Source of the DNA: Candidatus Woesearchaeota archaeon
GTDB taxonomy: Archaea > Nanobdellota > Nanobdellia > Woesearchaeales > 0-14-0-80-44-23
Reading direction: 5' to 3'
NCBI GenBank assembly: GCA_038874135.1
Contig: JAVZCZ010000001.1
Coordinates: forward strand, 1 to 64,000
DNA length: 64,000 bases
Below, piece by piece: positions 10,784-20,225 of the stretch (position 1 is the first letter of the stretch; every line of letters starts with the position of its first letter). The notes under the pieces were generated by a model. It was not told the origin of the DNA. It was given only the letters and a program-made list of their open reading frames with translations, and did not search any database. The translations under genes and the position numbers were made by a program.

Positions 10784-12445
10784 CTACTTTTTCGCCACTC
10801 TTGAGCCTTCTTCTTCTAAAATTTCATTTACATTTCTGAATCTTTCTTCCCCTTTTGCCTTTTTTGTTTTTTCCTTCCTTTCCAGCAAATTTTTCAGCTC
10901 GGTTATTTCCAGGAACTCGCTTCCAAGCTTTTTCACGCCATTAACTCCCTTTTCCAGTCCCCTCTGGATTAGGTATGTTGTCTCTTTGAGCGGCTCAACT
11001 GCTATCAGCTTTAGGAATAGTTCGTCCTCTCCAACCTGCGGGGTTCCAAGCCTGACCTCTTTTATTCTGCCCGCGTATGCCAATGCTATGCTGAACCTCG
11101 CCAATGCTGAGAGCAGGAGCACCATCTTGTATTTTGAGAGCGACAACGCTCCTATGGAAACTCCTGATGGGAACCTTGTAAGGAGAAAAGCTCCTAATGT
11201 TGCTCCGAGGAACATTGTTACTCCGTCTATTATGTTGTAATAGGCTATGGCTCGCACCCTCTTTTTCGGAGTTACTGAGTCAAACATGAAGTTTGAGCAG
11301 GAAAGATTGTATCCCGCCCAGACGAATCCTGAGAATGCGTTCACAGCAAAGAGGTAGTAAGGGTTTCCCCAGAGTATGAAGAGCAGGGGCACTAGAGGTA
11401 TGAGGAAGCTTGTTATTATGATTATCTTCTTGTTTCCGAAGATGTCAGTGTACTTTCCCCAGTATGTCATGACTAAAAATCCGAATATTGTGCTGGCACC
11501 ATTGACTAAAGTGTACACCCACAGGTTCATTCCCAGCTCTTTTAGCATGTACGCTGTGAAGAAGGGAGCTCCCATGTAGACGGCTATGTCGTATATTGAT
11601 ATGAAGAGTATGAACCTTCCGAAGTTGTTGGTTGGCATCTTTTTTACGAATTCAAAGAAGCTGAACCTGCTCTGCTGGTCTATCAGGATTGGCTTCTCAG
11701 TCATCTTTCTCATGTAATGCCAGGAAACAATTTTGGATATGAACGCTATCGTGAATACTATCCCGAAGCCGTAGTATAGGAACTGAGGGTCCTTCTGCCG
11801 TGCGAAGAAGTTTATCGTGAATCCAGCCACGAGTATTGCTGCAAAGTTCAGCGCGCCTGTTATCCTGTTTCTTAAGCCAAAATAGCGCCCTCTCTCATTT
11901 TCATCCACGATTTCAGATAGGAGAGAGCTCCATATTGGCATCATAAACATCTTCAAGGTTATTGATGCTGTGAAGAGTATTATAAGCAGGATTGGACTTC
12001 TGAGGTAGAATGCTACTCCAGCCATGAAGAGCCAGGTCAATGCCTGCATCATGTCCGCAGGTAGGAGCACTCTCTTTCTGTTTCCGAACTTGTCTATTGC
12101 AGTAACGCTGAAGAGCTGCACGAAAGCCGAAACCAGCAGGGGAAGAGAATTCAGAAGTCCTATCTGCGAATCCGTTGCGCCAATCTTTACTGCAAATGCG
12201 TTTACATTGTTCTCTCCGAAGCCCGTCATTATTGCAGTTGCGCAGCCCTCTTTTATTGCGTATTCCTTATTCTTATCGCTTAGAGGCTTTTCATCAGGGG
12301 CTTCAACTTTTCTGCTCTGCAGGCTTTCCTCAAGCTTTGACTTATCATTTTTACCTTCACCCCCGCCATTTTCCAATTCAGCAGCATTCGGCTTGTAGAA
12401 TTCCGACTCAAAATTCTGAAGGTCATTCTCCTGATAATCTTGCAT
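10784..12445 (-). CDS. MFS transporter
   Basis: About 12 hydrophobic segments; D-K-F-G-N-R-K-R and WGKYTDIFGNKK motif A; ENERGRYFG. Confidence 0.9.
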   Translation of the reverse strand: MQDYQENDLQNFESEFYKPNAAELENGGGEGKNDKSKLEESLQSRKVEAPDEKPLSDKNKEYAIKEGCATAIMTGFGENNVNAFAVKIGATDSQIGLLNSLPLLVSAFVQLFSVTAIDKFGNRKRVLLPADMMQALTWLFMAGVAFYLRSPILLIILFTASITLKMFMMPIWSSLLSEIVDENERGRYFGLRNRITGALNFAAILVAGFTINFFARQKDPQFLYYGFGIVFTIAFISKIVSWHYMRKMTEKPILIDQQSRFSFFEFVKKMPTNNFGRFILFISIYDIAVYMGAPFFTAYMLKELGMNLWVYTLVNGASTIFGFLVMTYWGKYTDIFGNKKIIIITSFLIPLVPLLFILWGNPYYLFAVNAFSGFVWAGYNLSCSNFMFDSVTPKKRVRAIAYYNIIDGVTMFLGATLGAFLLTRFPSGVSIGALSLSKYKMVLLLSALARFSIALAYAGRIKEVRLGTPQVGEDELFLKLIAVEPLKETTYLIQRGLEKGVNGVKKLGSEFLEITELKNLLERKEKTKKAKGEERFRNVNEILEEEGSRVAKK

Positions 12446-12622
12446 GCTAACCCTCTTTTATTATGCAATCTTGCAGGTGTGATGTTTTTTTGAGACCTTT
12501 TAAATAGTTTTTGATTCTGCTAATTTTTTACATGAGAGCGCCGCATATGGCTCCAGCTGGCAGCATTCTTAAAAGATTTTAAATTTTAATTTAAAAGAAA
12601 GAAATTGGAGCTTTTAAGCCGC

Positions 12623-13372
12623 CTACTTCTTTGCCTCTGCGCCGGCAGCTCCAGGCTTGCCGGCAGCTGATTCTCCCGGATCTAATGGCAGGAGCTCCAT
12701 AATTATCTCTTCCGGTATCTTCATCTCGCGGAGCTTGTGCCTTATAAGCCTCTTCTCCTTGCCCTGCATTGAGCTTATTACTTCCTTTGCCTTGGCTGTG
12801 AATTCTTCTCTCCTCTTGGCAAGCTCCTCTGCCAGCTTCTTCTTCTCTTCTTCCAGCTGTTTGAGTTCTTCAGCACTTAGCTCAGTCTTTCCACTTCTTA
12901 TCTCAGCATCATAGACGCCAGCATCCACATCTCTTATGCTTTCCAATGCGGGCTTGCCCTCAACAAGTATTCCCATGCCGTAGCAGGTGCCCATTACTTC
13001 CTTAACCTTCTCTTTAAGTGTGACTCCTAAGAGCGAGTCCTCTTTCATCTTGGCAATCTTTATGATTTGCTCAATTTTGAGGTCTGCAACCTTTTCTTCC
13101 TTCGGATTCTTAGATGCTTTTTCAATCTGAGCTTCCTTTTTTATTAGCTGCGCAGTAGGCGGCGTTCCGACTTTTATCTCAAACTTCTTAGTTTCAGAAT
13201 CAATTATCACCTTCACGGGAACCTGCATTCCCTTGAAGCTTTCAGTCTTCTTGTTTATCTCAGCCACGACCTGCCCTATATTAACGCCTGTTGGGCCAAG
13301 TGCAGGTCCTAAGGGCGGGGCTGCTGTTGCCTTTCCCCCCTCAACCATTACTTCAATCGTGTTCTTTGCCAT
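12623..13372 (-). CDS. rpl11: 50S ribosomal protein uL11 with ~90-aa C-terminal helical extension
   Basis: [18 protein letters not shown]...KGMQVPVKV...[10 protein letters not shown]. Confidence 0.95.
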   Translation of the reverse strand: MAKNTIEVMVEGGKATAAPPLGPALGPTGVNIGQVVAEINKKTESFKGMQVPVKVIIDSETKKFEIKVGTPPTAQLIKKEAQIEKASKNPKEEKVADLKIEQIIKIAKMKEDSLLGVTLKEKVKEVMGTCYGMGILVEGKPALESIRDVDAGVYDAEIRSGKTELSAEELKQLEEEKKKLAEELAKRREEFTAKAKEVISSMQGKEKRLIRHKLREMKIPEEIIMELLPLDPGESAAGKPGAAGAEAKK

Positions 13373-13437
13373 TTTGCCTTCCTTCCCTTCTTGGTTTTAG
13401 CGAGCTGTTTATAAATATTTCTACTCTCTTGCCGTTC

Positions 13438-13947
13438 CTATTGGTATTCCGAATCGTCCTCTTCTGATTCTTCCTCCTTCTCTTCTTCCCTTCTTATAGT
13501 TTTTACAGCGTCCATCTTGAGCGTTATAGGCACTGGAACAGCTGCGTCCAGGAGCTCAACAACTACCTCTTCCTTGGTCTTGTCAATCCTCATTATCTTA
13601 GCCTGCTCCCTCTTGAATGGACCTGAGATTATTTCAACTATATCGTTCTTCTGAAGGTTTACCTCGTACGCCTTCTTTGGCTCAAGCATGTGTTCTATCT
13701 CTCCATACTCAACCGGCTGTGGAAGCACTCCTCTAGCATATGGAATGTTCTTAGTGCCCTCTTCAGCGTCCTTAAGCCTCGGCGCCTCTATGAAGAGGTA
13801 GCCCCTCATCCCGTGAGGCCTTATTATTGAGTATATGGGAAGCTTTTTTCTCTGCACGTGGCTTGCCAGGAAGTCCATCACCTGCTCTTCCCTGTTGGCA
13901 GTGACCCTAAGCGCGAATATTCTTGTTTCCATCTTTTCCTCGCTCAT
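13438..13947 (-). CDS. spt5: Transcription elongation factor Spt5/NusG
   Basis: NGN domain (RGYLFIEA) plus KOW (DIVEIISGPFK). Confidence 0.95.
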   Translation of the reverse strand: MSEEKMETRIFALRVTANREEQVMDFLASHVQRKKLPIYSIIRPHGMRGYLFIEAPRLKDAEEGTKNIPYARGVLPQPVEYGEIEHMLEPKKAYEVNLQKNDIVEIISGPFKREQAKIMRIDKTKEEVVVELLDAAVPVPITLKMDAVKTIRREEEKEEESEEDDSEYQ

Positions 13948-13984
13948 TCTTTATCACTCCTCAAATTTTTTCTCAAATTTTTTT

Positions 13985-14191
13985 TTATACATTGCTGAAT
14001 AGTAAGTGTTTTATAAGCTGTAGCAGGAATCCTATCAGGCCTATTGCCAGTATTCCCAGTCCTGCCACCTTTATTATTACTAAAAACTCTTGTTTGCCCG
14101 GCTTTTTTGTTACCTGGAACACTCTTTTGCATTCTACTATGAAGCTTTTGAGCCTTCCGAGGACTTCTTTTATCTTGTCACTTGCGCTCAT
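13985..14191 (-). CDS. secE: Protein translocase SecE/Sec61-gamma
   Basis: ECKRVFQVTKKPGKQEF followed by a TM helix; ftsZ-secE-spt5-rpl11 context. Confidence 0.93.
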   Translation of the reverse strand: MSASDKIKEVLGRLKSFIVECKRVFQVTKKPGKQEFLVIIKVAGLGILAIGLIGFLLQLIKHLLFSNV

Positions 14192-14205
14192 CTCTTACAC
14201 CCTTT

Positions 14206-15303
14206 CTAGTTTATGAATTCTATTCCGAGGTCTTTTTCAATCTTCTTTATCCGGTCCTCTTCCATCTTGCTTACAGGTCCTAGTATCTGCAGGGATTTTA
14301 CTCCTGTGAGTATTATCATTGTGCGCACTGTTCTTCCCATGTCTTCGCTTATCTGCGCGCCCCAGATCAGCTTCGCCTTCTCATCCATCTTGCTGGATAT
14401 GATTTCTACAATCTTCTTGGCTTCTTGAAGAGTTAGGTCCGTGCCTCCGCATATGTTTATTAGCGCCCCGTTTGCTCCTGAGATGTCTACATCTAAGAGG
14501 GGATTCTTTATTGCCTTTTCAACTGATTCTACAGCCCTGTTTGCGCTGTCAGATTCGCCTACTCCGATTAGGGATACGCCGCCGTTCTTCATTACAGCCT
14601 TTATGTCTGCGAAGTCCAGGTTTATCAGCCCTGTCTTGGTGACTAATTCTGCAATTCCCCTCACTGCATTGGTGAGTATCTCGTCTGCAACCTTGAATGC
14701 GGTGTGCACTGGAAGGTCGGGTGCTAGTTCTAAGAGCTTGTCGTTAGGTATCACTATCAGTGTGTCAACTATGCTTTCCAGTCTTTCCAGGCCGTAGAGT
14801 GCGTTTTCAAACCTGCGCCTGCCCTCCATTGAGAATGGCATCGTAACTATCGCTATCGTAAGAGCTCCCATCTTCTTGGCAATGTCTGCAACTATCGGGG
14901 CTGAGCCGGTTCCAGTGCCTCCTCCCAGGCCGCAGGTTATGAATACCATGTCCGAGTTTCTCAGAGCCTCTTTTATCTCCTGCTCGCTCTCTCTTGCCGC
15001 CTGCTCTCCAATCTTTGGGTCTGCTCCAGCCCCCCAACCCTTGGTTAGGTCTTTTCCTATGAGGATTTTGTGGTCTGCTGTGGTGTATAATAAGTCCTGA
15101 GCGTCAGTGTTTATGGCTATTGTTTCTGCACCAACTACGCCCACTTCTGTTATCCTGTTTATGGTGTTGTTTCCCCCGCCCCCGCAGCCCACCACCTTTA
15201 TGGTTGCCTTCTGCCTGGCAACCAGTTCTTCCAGCTCTGCGTCTATCGGCAATGTCTTTCTCGGGATGTTCTTGTTTTCGGGGATGTAAGCCAAGTTTTT
15301 CAC
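14206..15303 (-). CDS. ftsZ: Cell division protein FtsZ
   Basis: GCGGGGNN, NTDAQDL, GLGGGTGTG, INLDFAD. Confidence 0.98.
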   Translation of the reverse strand: MKNLAYIPENKNIPRKTLPIDAELEELVARQKATIKVVGCGGGGNNTINRITEVGVVGAETIAINTDAQDLLYTTADHKILIGKDLTKGWGAGADPKIGEQAARESEQEIKEALRNSDMVFITCGLGGGTGTGSAPIVADIAKKMGALTIAIVTMPFSMEGRRRFENALYGLERLESIVDTLIVIPNDKLLELAPDLPVHTAFKVADEILTNAVRGIAELVTKTGLINLDFADIKAVMKNGGVSLIGVGESDSANRAVESVEKAIKNPLLDVDISGANGALINICGGTDLTLQEAKKIVEIISSKMDEKAKLIWGAQISEDMGRTVRTMIILTGVKSLQILGPVSKMEEDRIKKIEKDLGIEFIN

Positions 15304-15339
15304 CTCGCGGACTTGAAATTTATCTTGTCCGCACTTTAT

Positions 15340-15984
15340 TTAAATCTTTCCCGCCTGCGCTTTGCTTTCTTTCTTATTTTCGCTTTCTGACTTTGTTTGA
15401 AAGTTTACCTGTTTGAAGTTGGTGTGCCTCTTTATCTCTTCTGACACCTTTTCTTCCACTTCTTCTGGCAGTTTTCTTTCAGTCTGGATTGTTAGGAGTT
15501 CCTTTTCTGTCAGGATTTGAAATTTTTCTTCTCCTACTCTCATCTTTAAGATTGCCTCTGCTTTTTCCTTTTCGTCCTTTACTTCTCTTATGATTTTTAT
15601 CTTGTAGTTTAGCTTCTTTCCCGCTAGGGGATGGTTCATATCCACGAGCACTCTGCCGCCCGTTACTGCTTTTACCACGCCGAGGATTCCGTCTATGCTC
15701 ACTTCAAGTCCGGGCACCGGTTCTATGTTCTCTTTTAGGAACCTGCTTATTGGGATTAGGCGTATTAGCTTGGCGTTTCTAACTCCGAAGCCCTCCTCAG
15801 GGCTTATGCTTATTTCGTACTCCCTTCCAACTTCTAATCCCACTAGCTTTTTTTCCAGTCCTGGTAGTATGTGCTGTTCGCCTAAGCATATTATGATTGG
15901 AGCTTCGCTCCTGTCAAAGCTGCTTCCATCTTCTAAGCTTCCGGAGTATTCTATCTCTATGAAGTCGCCATTTTTTACTGCCAT
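15340..15984 (-). CDS. slyD: FKBP-type peptidyl-prolyl isomerase (SlyD-like, long archaeal type)
   Basis: GDFIEIEYSG, ISPEEGFG, VDMNHPLAGKKL. Confidence 0.9.
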   Translation of the reverse strand: MAVKNGDFIEIEYSGSLEDGSSFDRSEAPIIICLGEQHILPGLEKKLVGLEVGREYEISISPEEGFGVRNAKLIRLIPISRFLKENIEPVPGLEVSIDGILGVVKAVTGGRVLVDMNHPLAGKKLNYKIKIIREVKDEKEKAEAILKMRVGEEKFQILTEKELLTIQTERKLPEEVEEKVSEEIKRHTNFKQVNFQTKSESENKKESKAQAGKI

Positions 15985-16013
15985 TTTTTTACCTCTTCAA
16001 CTTTGAAAACCTG

Positions 16014-16058
16014 AATGCCCTACTGCCATCTGCTCGGAAAAAGCCACAGTAGAACACT
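16014..16058 (-). promoter_or_regulatory. 5'-terminal hairpin in the leader of the slyD-ftsZ operon
   Basis: AGUGUUCUACUGU/GCAGUAGGGCAUU 13-bp stem with G-U pairs valid only on the minus strand; begins about 23 nt after TATA 16081-16088. Confidence 0.5.
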
Positions 16059-16174
16059 GAACTTGGGAGTGGACAGCATCTTTATAAACTTTTCTAAAAA
16101 ACTCTTCAAAAGCGTTTTGTTTCAAGTTTAGATAAATTTATATACACATTTTAACATTTTCAGCTGAGAGGTGT

Positions 16175-16585
16175 TTGTGGATGAGAAGGTACTTTCCGGT
16201 TTTGATGATAATAATTCTCATCTCCGCACTGCTCGCCTGGAAGCTTCTTCCCGGAATGTCTAAAAAGGTTACTCATATCAATTCTGAGGAAGATTCAGCT
16301 GGAAGTGTTACTTTGAGGTATGACGAGTTTAACTGTTCAGTTCCGAAGTGGAAGGAGTGGTATTACAATTCTGGAAAGCCGTTCGCGCGCGACGCAGAAA
16401 TGCTGTACTCCTACTATTCCCAGGTTGTGGGCGTGAATGTTTCAAATTACAGGTGCGTGGTCTATCCTGAGGGAGAAAAGCCTTCCTGCAATGATGGATG
16501 CTGCCCCTCCTTCTGCTATGTGCTAATAGATGTTCCATCCCGCGCTGTAAAGACCATGGTTAAGGACGGCTGGAAGAATTACTGA
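16175..16585 (+). CDS. Secreted/membrane-anchored hypothetical protein
   Basis: N-terminal hydrophobic segment; GAGGTG SD; Cys cluster CNDGCCPSFC. Confidence 0.65.
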   Translation: MWMRRYFPVLMIIILISALLAWKLLPGMSKKVTHINSEEDSAGSVTLRYDEFNCSVPKWKEWYYNSGKPFARDAEMLYSYYSQVVGVNVSNYRCVVYPEGEKPSCNDGCCPSFCYVLIDVPSRAVKTMVKDGWKNY

Positions 16586-16645
16586 TGCTTCCTTTCCAAA
16601 AACTATTTAAACAATTCTTTAAACTTTCAATCGTACAAAGCGTGC

Positions 16646-16718
16646 AGCCCCGTGGTGTAGAGGCCAATCATCCCAGCCTTTGGAGCTGGGGACCCCGGTT
16701 CGAATCCGGGCGGGGCTA
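16646..16718 (+). tRNA. tRNA-Gln(TTG)
   Basis: AGCCCCG/CGGGGCT acceptor (A1-U72, typical of archaeal Gln); CCAGC-CTTTGGA-GCTGG anticodon arm; GGTTCGAATCC T arm. Confidence 0.96.
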
Positions 16719-16762
16719 TTCTTCTCACTAGTTTTTTAAAAGAATATTTGAAATAGCAAACA

Positions 16763-16795
16763 TTTAAATATAACATATCAATACTCATTGATATG
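16763..16795 (+). promoter_or_regulatory. TATA box plus ArsR-type operator overlapping the arsR start codon
   Basis: TTTAAATA (16763-16770) followed by a perfect 9-4-9 inverted repeat CATATCAAT-actc-ATTGATATG (16774-16795). Confidence 0.8.
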
Positions 16796-17122
16796 AAAAA
16801 TTTGTGCTCGTCGGAAATTCAGCTTTTTAGGGCTCTTGGTGAGGAAACCAAGTTTAGGATACTTAAGCTTCTGGCTTCGGGAGACTTCTGCGCTTGTGAG
16901 ATTCCGAAGCTGATAGACAGGACTCAATCAAACACTTCAATGCAGCTTGCTCAGCTGCTGAAGCTTGGGCTCGTTAGGAATAGGAGGGCTGGAAGGAGCA
17001 TAATATATTCGCTGAACGACGAGAGAGTAATTAAAATATTCAGGATGCTTAAATGTTATGACGATTCAAACAGGGGATGTGTCTGTGCTGTTAAAAGAAA
17101 AAAAATGGAGGGGAAAAAATGA
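16793..17122 (+). CDS. arsR: ArsR/SmtB-family metalloregulator
   Basis: FRALGEETKFRILKLL...FCACEI...TQSNTSMQL...GLVRNRRAGRSIIYSL. Confidence 0.9.
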   Translation: MKNLCSSEIQLFRALGEETKFRILKLLASGDFCACEIPKLIDRTQSNTSMQLAQLLKLGLVRNRRAGRSIIYSLNDERVIKIFRMLKCYDDSNRGCVCAVKRKKMEGKK

Positions 17123-17361
17123 AAATACAAGTATATGGTTCGGGATGTCCGACCTGCAAGAAGCTGGAGCAGAATGTAATTATGGCTGTTGAGGAGCTTG
17201 CCATTAAGGATGCGAAGGTTGAGCACATATACGATGTTGAGAAGATGATGAATGCGGGCATAACATTTTCGCCGGCGCTCGTCATTGACGGGCAAATAAT
17301 TTTTGAGGGCAGAGTGCCCGATGTTTCGGAAATAAAGAAGCTGCTCTCAATGAGAAGGTAG
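17119..17361 (+). CDS. Small redox-active disulfide (thioredoxin-like) protein
   Basis: MKIQVYGSGCPTCKKL...PALVIDG...GRVP. Confidence 0.9.
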   Translation: MKIQVYGSGCPTCKKLEQNVIMAVEELAIKDAKVEHIYDVEKMMNAGITFSPALVIDGQIIFEGRVPDVSEIKKLLSMRR

Positions 17362-17370
17362 GTGTGCAAC

Positions 17371-18420
17371 ATGAAACTGAAAAGGGTACACTTCGGAATA
17401 CTGCTGATAATCCTTCTCTTAGGAGGACTCGTTTTTTATGAGTGGTACGGAGCATTCAAGAAGAGCAGACTGATTGAGCAGGGTATATACCCCAAGGAGC
17501 CGTTTCCAATAAGTCCTGGAACTCCCACCTGGCAAATCCCGCTGCTTACGCTGCTGAGCTACGGACAGAAGGCGTGGGTCTGCCTGCTGGTAGCGTTTCT
17601 CGTTGCAGGCGCATTCCAAACCTTTATTCCAAAAGAGCTTGTGATAAGGCATCTGGGAAAGAAAAGTGCTAAGGCATATTTCATAGCCGCTTTTGGAGGC
17701 CCGCTTCTTTCAGTATGTTCCTGTTCAATAATTCCGCTGTTCGCAGCTATAAAGAAGAGGGGAGCAGGCTTGGGCCCTGCAATCACATTCCTCTTGGCGA
17801 CTCCTGCAATAAATGTTGCTGCGATAATACTCACTTTCAGCTTGCTCTCGTGGAAGTTCGTGGTTGGCAGGGTTGTTTTGGCTCTGAGTGCTGCGATAAT
17901 TACAGGGCTGCTAGTTGAGAAGATCTGGGGTGGAGAGGAAAGTGATGGGGCGTCAGAGCTTAAGGTGGCGTATCAGGAGAGGGAGTTTGAACTACTTCCC
18001 GATTTGAAGGAGTGGATGAGGAACACTTGGGAGTTTGTGGCTAAGATTCTTCCCCTCGTGTTTTTAGGGATTTTTATAATAGGGGTAATAAAAATCTTCC
18101 TGACCAATGATGTGATTTCAAGGTATCTCGGGCAGGGAATACTTCAGACAGCCTTCGCTTCAATTATGGGAGTTGTGATGTATACTCCGACTCTTGTTGA
18201 GATTCCCTTTGTTAGGGAGTTGATGGGCTTGGGGATGGGCACCGGTCCAGCCCTCGCATTCCTGCTTACAGGTCCCGCGCTGAGCCTGCCTTCAATGCTT
18301 GGGGTTTCAAAGGTTGTAAAGGTGAGGATAGTTTTGACATATGCGCTTTTAATGTTTGTGCTCGGGCTTATCGGCGGACTTGTGTTTTCATATCTTGTTC
18401 CATCTATTCCGCTGCCCTAA
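17371..18420 (+). CDS. ArsP/DUF318-family permease
   Basis: VCSCSIIPL, GPAITFLLATPAIN, GPALAFLLTGPALSLP; operonic with arsR and trx. Confidence 0.88.
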   Translation: MKLKRVHFGILLIILLLGGLVFYEWYGAFKKSRLIEQGIYPKEPFPISPGTPTWQIPLLTLLSYGQKAWVCLLVAFLVAGAFQTFIPKELVIRHLGKKSAKAYFIAAFGGPLLSVCSCSIIPLFAAIKKRGAGLGPAITFLLATPAINVAAIILTFSLLSWKFVVGRVVLALSAAIITGLLVEKIWGGEESDGASELKVAYQEREFELLPDLKEWMRNTWEFVAKILPLVFLGIFIIGVIKIFLTNDVISRYLGQGILQTAFASIMGVVMYTPTLVEIPFVRELMGLGMGTGPALAFLLTGPALSLPSMLGVSKVVKVRIVLTYALLMFVLGLIGGLVFSYLVPSIPLP

Positions 18421-18454
18421 AAGCTTTTTTCTCTTCTTCTCTCTGCCTTTTTTT

Positions 18455-19456
18455 TTACTTTATGTCTGCTTCTCTTTGCAGCGCACTTCTGAACCGTTCT
18501 GAGCATTCAGCGTTTTTCAGCCACAACCTCGTGAATTCCGGATGGCCCTTCAGGTATTCAAAGTCATCTTTCAGCATGACCTCTGCGTAGAATATTCCTG
18601 CGCATCCGCCCCTTCCTGAGAGGTATGCTCCCCTGTGGAATGGCTCGTCTGCTATGAAGCTTACAATTCCTTCATGGTGCCTTTGCCCCTCTATGACACT
18701 TCCTTCCAGAAATCCTTCCCTAATGAGCTCGTGTCCCCAGTGCTTCTCCTTTTTTGAGGCGAATATTACTATCCTGTCCCCCACCTTGTAGTAATCGTTA
18801 GGCCTTAACCTTGGAAGGTAGGGCTTCTCTTCTGAATTCTTGGCTAAACTTTTGAGGAAGTCATTATTGACGCTTACTGCTATGTATTCCAAGCCAAGTT
18901 CAACCATGCTTTTCTGAATGTTTTCCTTTATAACTTCAATTTTAGATTTGCTCATACGCCTCAGCAGGCACTCGTCGTATGCGCGCATTCTCCTTTCTGA
19001 GATTTCGCCCTCTGAGAGTATGCTGCACTTGCCGTCAGTCCTGCAGTTGTAAATCATCGTATTGTACGAGTTGTACTGGCACCATCCGCACGTGTTGAGC
19101 GTCGTGCTCTTGTCCCTCCTCTCTTTTAACTCTTCTGTGCCCGGAACCGGCAATCCTGAGGAGTCAATCTCAAAGTCTTCTTTTGCAATCTGAGGATTTT
19201 CAAATTTTGACGCCTCAATTTCAAGGTTGTTCCCGCTGAGCAGGGCTTCATAACCTTTGAGGGCTCTGCACTTCTCTACTATACTCTCAATATCTTCGCT
19301 GTTGGCTTTTATTATCTCTTCCAGGTTGTTCCTCCCGAGAAATGCCAGCTCTTCCAGTGAGGAAACACTTATGACACTTTTAAGCCATTCGGGTATTAGC
19401 GAGTTGGCAATGCTCTCAGTTGTGTATGCTTGATTATTGCCTTTCACCTCTTTCAC
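18455..19456 (-). CDS. Hypothetical protein with Cys cluster
   Basis: 333-aa ORF with GGAGGA SD; TCGWCQY...CRTDGKC...DEC. Confidence 0.7.
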   Translation of the reverse strand: MKEVKGNNQAYTTESIANSLIPEWLKSVISVSSLEELAFLGRNNLEEIIKANSEDIESIVEKCRALKGYEALLSGNNLEIEASKFENPQIAKEDFEIDSSGLPVPGTEELKERRDKSTTLNTCGWCQYNSYNTMIYNCRTDGKCSILSEGEISERRMRAYDECLLRRMSKSKIEVIKENIQKSMVELGLEYIAVSVNNDFLKSLAKNSEEKPYLPRLRPNDYYKVGDRIVIFASKKEKHWGHELIREGFLEGSVIEGQRHHEGIVSFIADEPFHRGAYLSGRGGCAGIFYAEVMLKDDFEYLKGHPEFTRLWLKNAECSERFRSALQREADIK

Positions 19457-19496
19457 TCCTCCGCTATTCCCCCTCCTTTTTTTATGATTAGAATGT

Positions 19497-20138
19497 TTAG
19501 CCCTTGTCCTCTATCTCTTCCGCGCGCTCCTTTTCTATGAGCAGGTTGGCAACACTTTCTGGAAGTGAGGCTATGTCGTCCTCTGCGAAGGGCCCGTATA
19601 TTTCTGCGTCGTCACCGTAGAATTTTGGGACTTCTTGTAGGAATCTGACCATTTTCATTTTGGGAGTTTCTGTCTGTTCAGGCGGGTTTTCTTTTCTTTT
19701 TTCTTCCTGATTGTTTGGGGCTTTTCCTTCCAGCACGCTGGCTAGGACTTCCCTTCTGCTTGTTGCGAGCTCTTGCGCGAGGGCTTCAAAGAGCTTTTTC
19801 TCTTCGGGGAGCATGTTTGAGGTTTCTACTATGTTTGAGTTTGTTCTCGCCATTATGAGGGCGCTGTCAAGTATCTTCTTTTCCCGCCTGTTGTATATCT
19901 CTCTGATTATCTGCTTTATGCTTTGGAGCTGGACTTGTAGCACTTCCTTTTCCTGTTCCGAGAATATTGAGCCCTGCTGTATTGAGCTCTTCTTCTCGTT
20001 CAGGTATCGGACTACTTCTTCGTAGAAGTTTTTTTGGAGCGGCTGCAATTCTTCCCTGTCTTTTTCCCTTCTGAGGATTTCAAAGAGCGTTTCTGCTGTT
20101 ATGTTTACTGACCCCTCAGGATTTTCGGCTTCAGCCAT
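19497..20138 (-). CDS. GINS complex subunit (Gins51/Gins15 type)
   Basis: A-domain (LRREKDREELQPL...RREKKI) plus C-terminal B-domain (VPKFYG...YGPF..DDIASLP...LLI). Confidence 0.88.
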   Translation of the reverse strand: MAEAENPEGSVNITAETLFEILRREKDREELQPLQKNFYEEVVRYLNEKKSSIQQGSIFSEQEKEVLQVQLQSIKQIIREIYNRREKKILDSALIMARTNSNIVETSNMLPEEKKLFEALAQELATSRREVLASVLEGKAPNNQEEKRKENPPEQTETPKMKMVRFLQEVPKFYGDDAEIYGPFAEDDIASLPESVANLLIEKERAEEIEDKG

Positions 20139-20225
20139 GCTGCTTGGTGTTGTCTTGTATTATTTAAGATTTTTGCCGTTCTGCTGAAAAGCTTTTTATA
20201 TGCCGTTTTAAGTTACCATCTTGTT

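Noticed and set aside
12531-12570. GC-rich stretch between rpl11 and the MFS gene as a small RNA
   Set aside because: Only 3-4-bp stems and no recognisable box motifs; cannot be supported.
16646-19456. Integrated mobile element at tRNA-Gln (likewise at tRNA-Pro)
   Set aside because: No integrase or transposase and no duplicated tRNA 3' end found.
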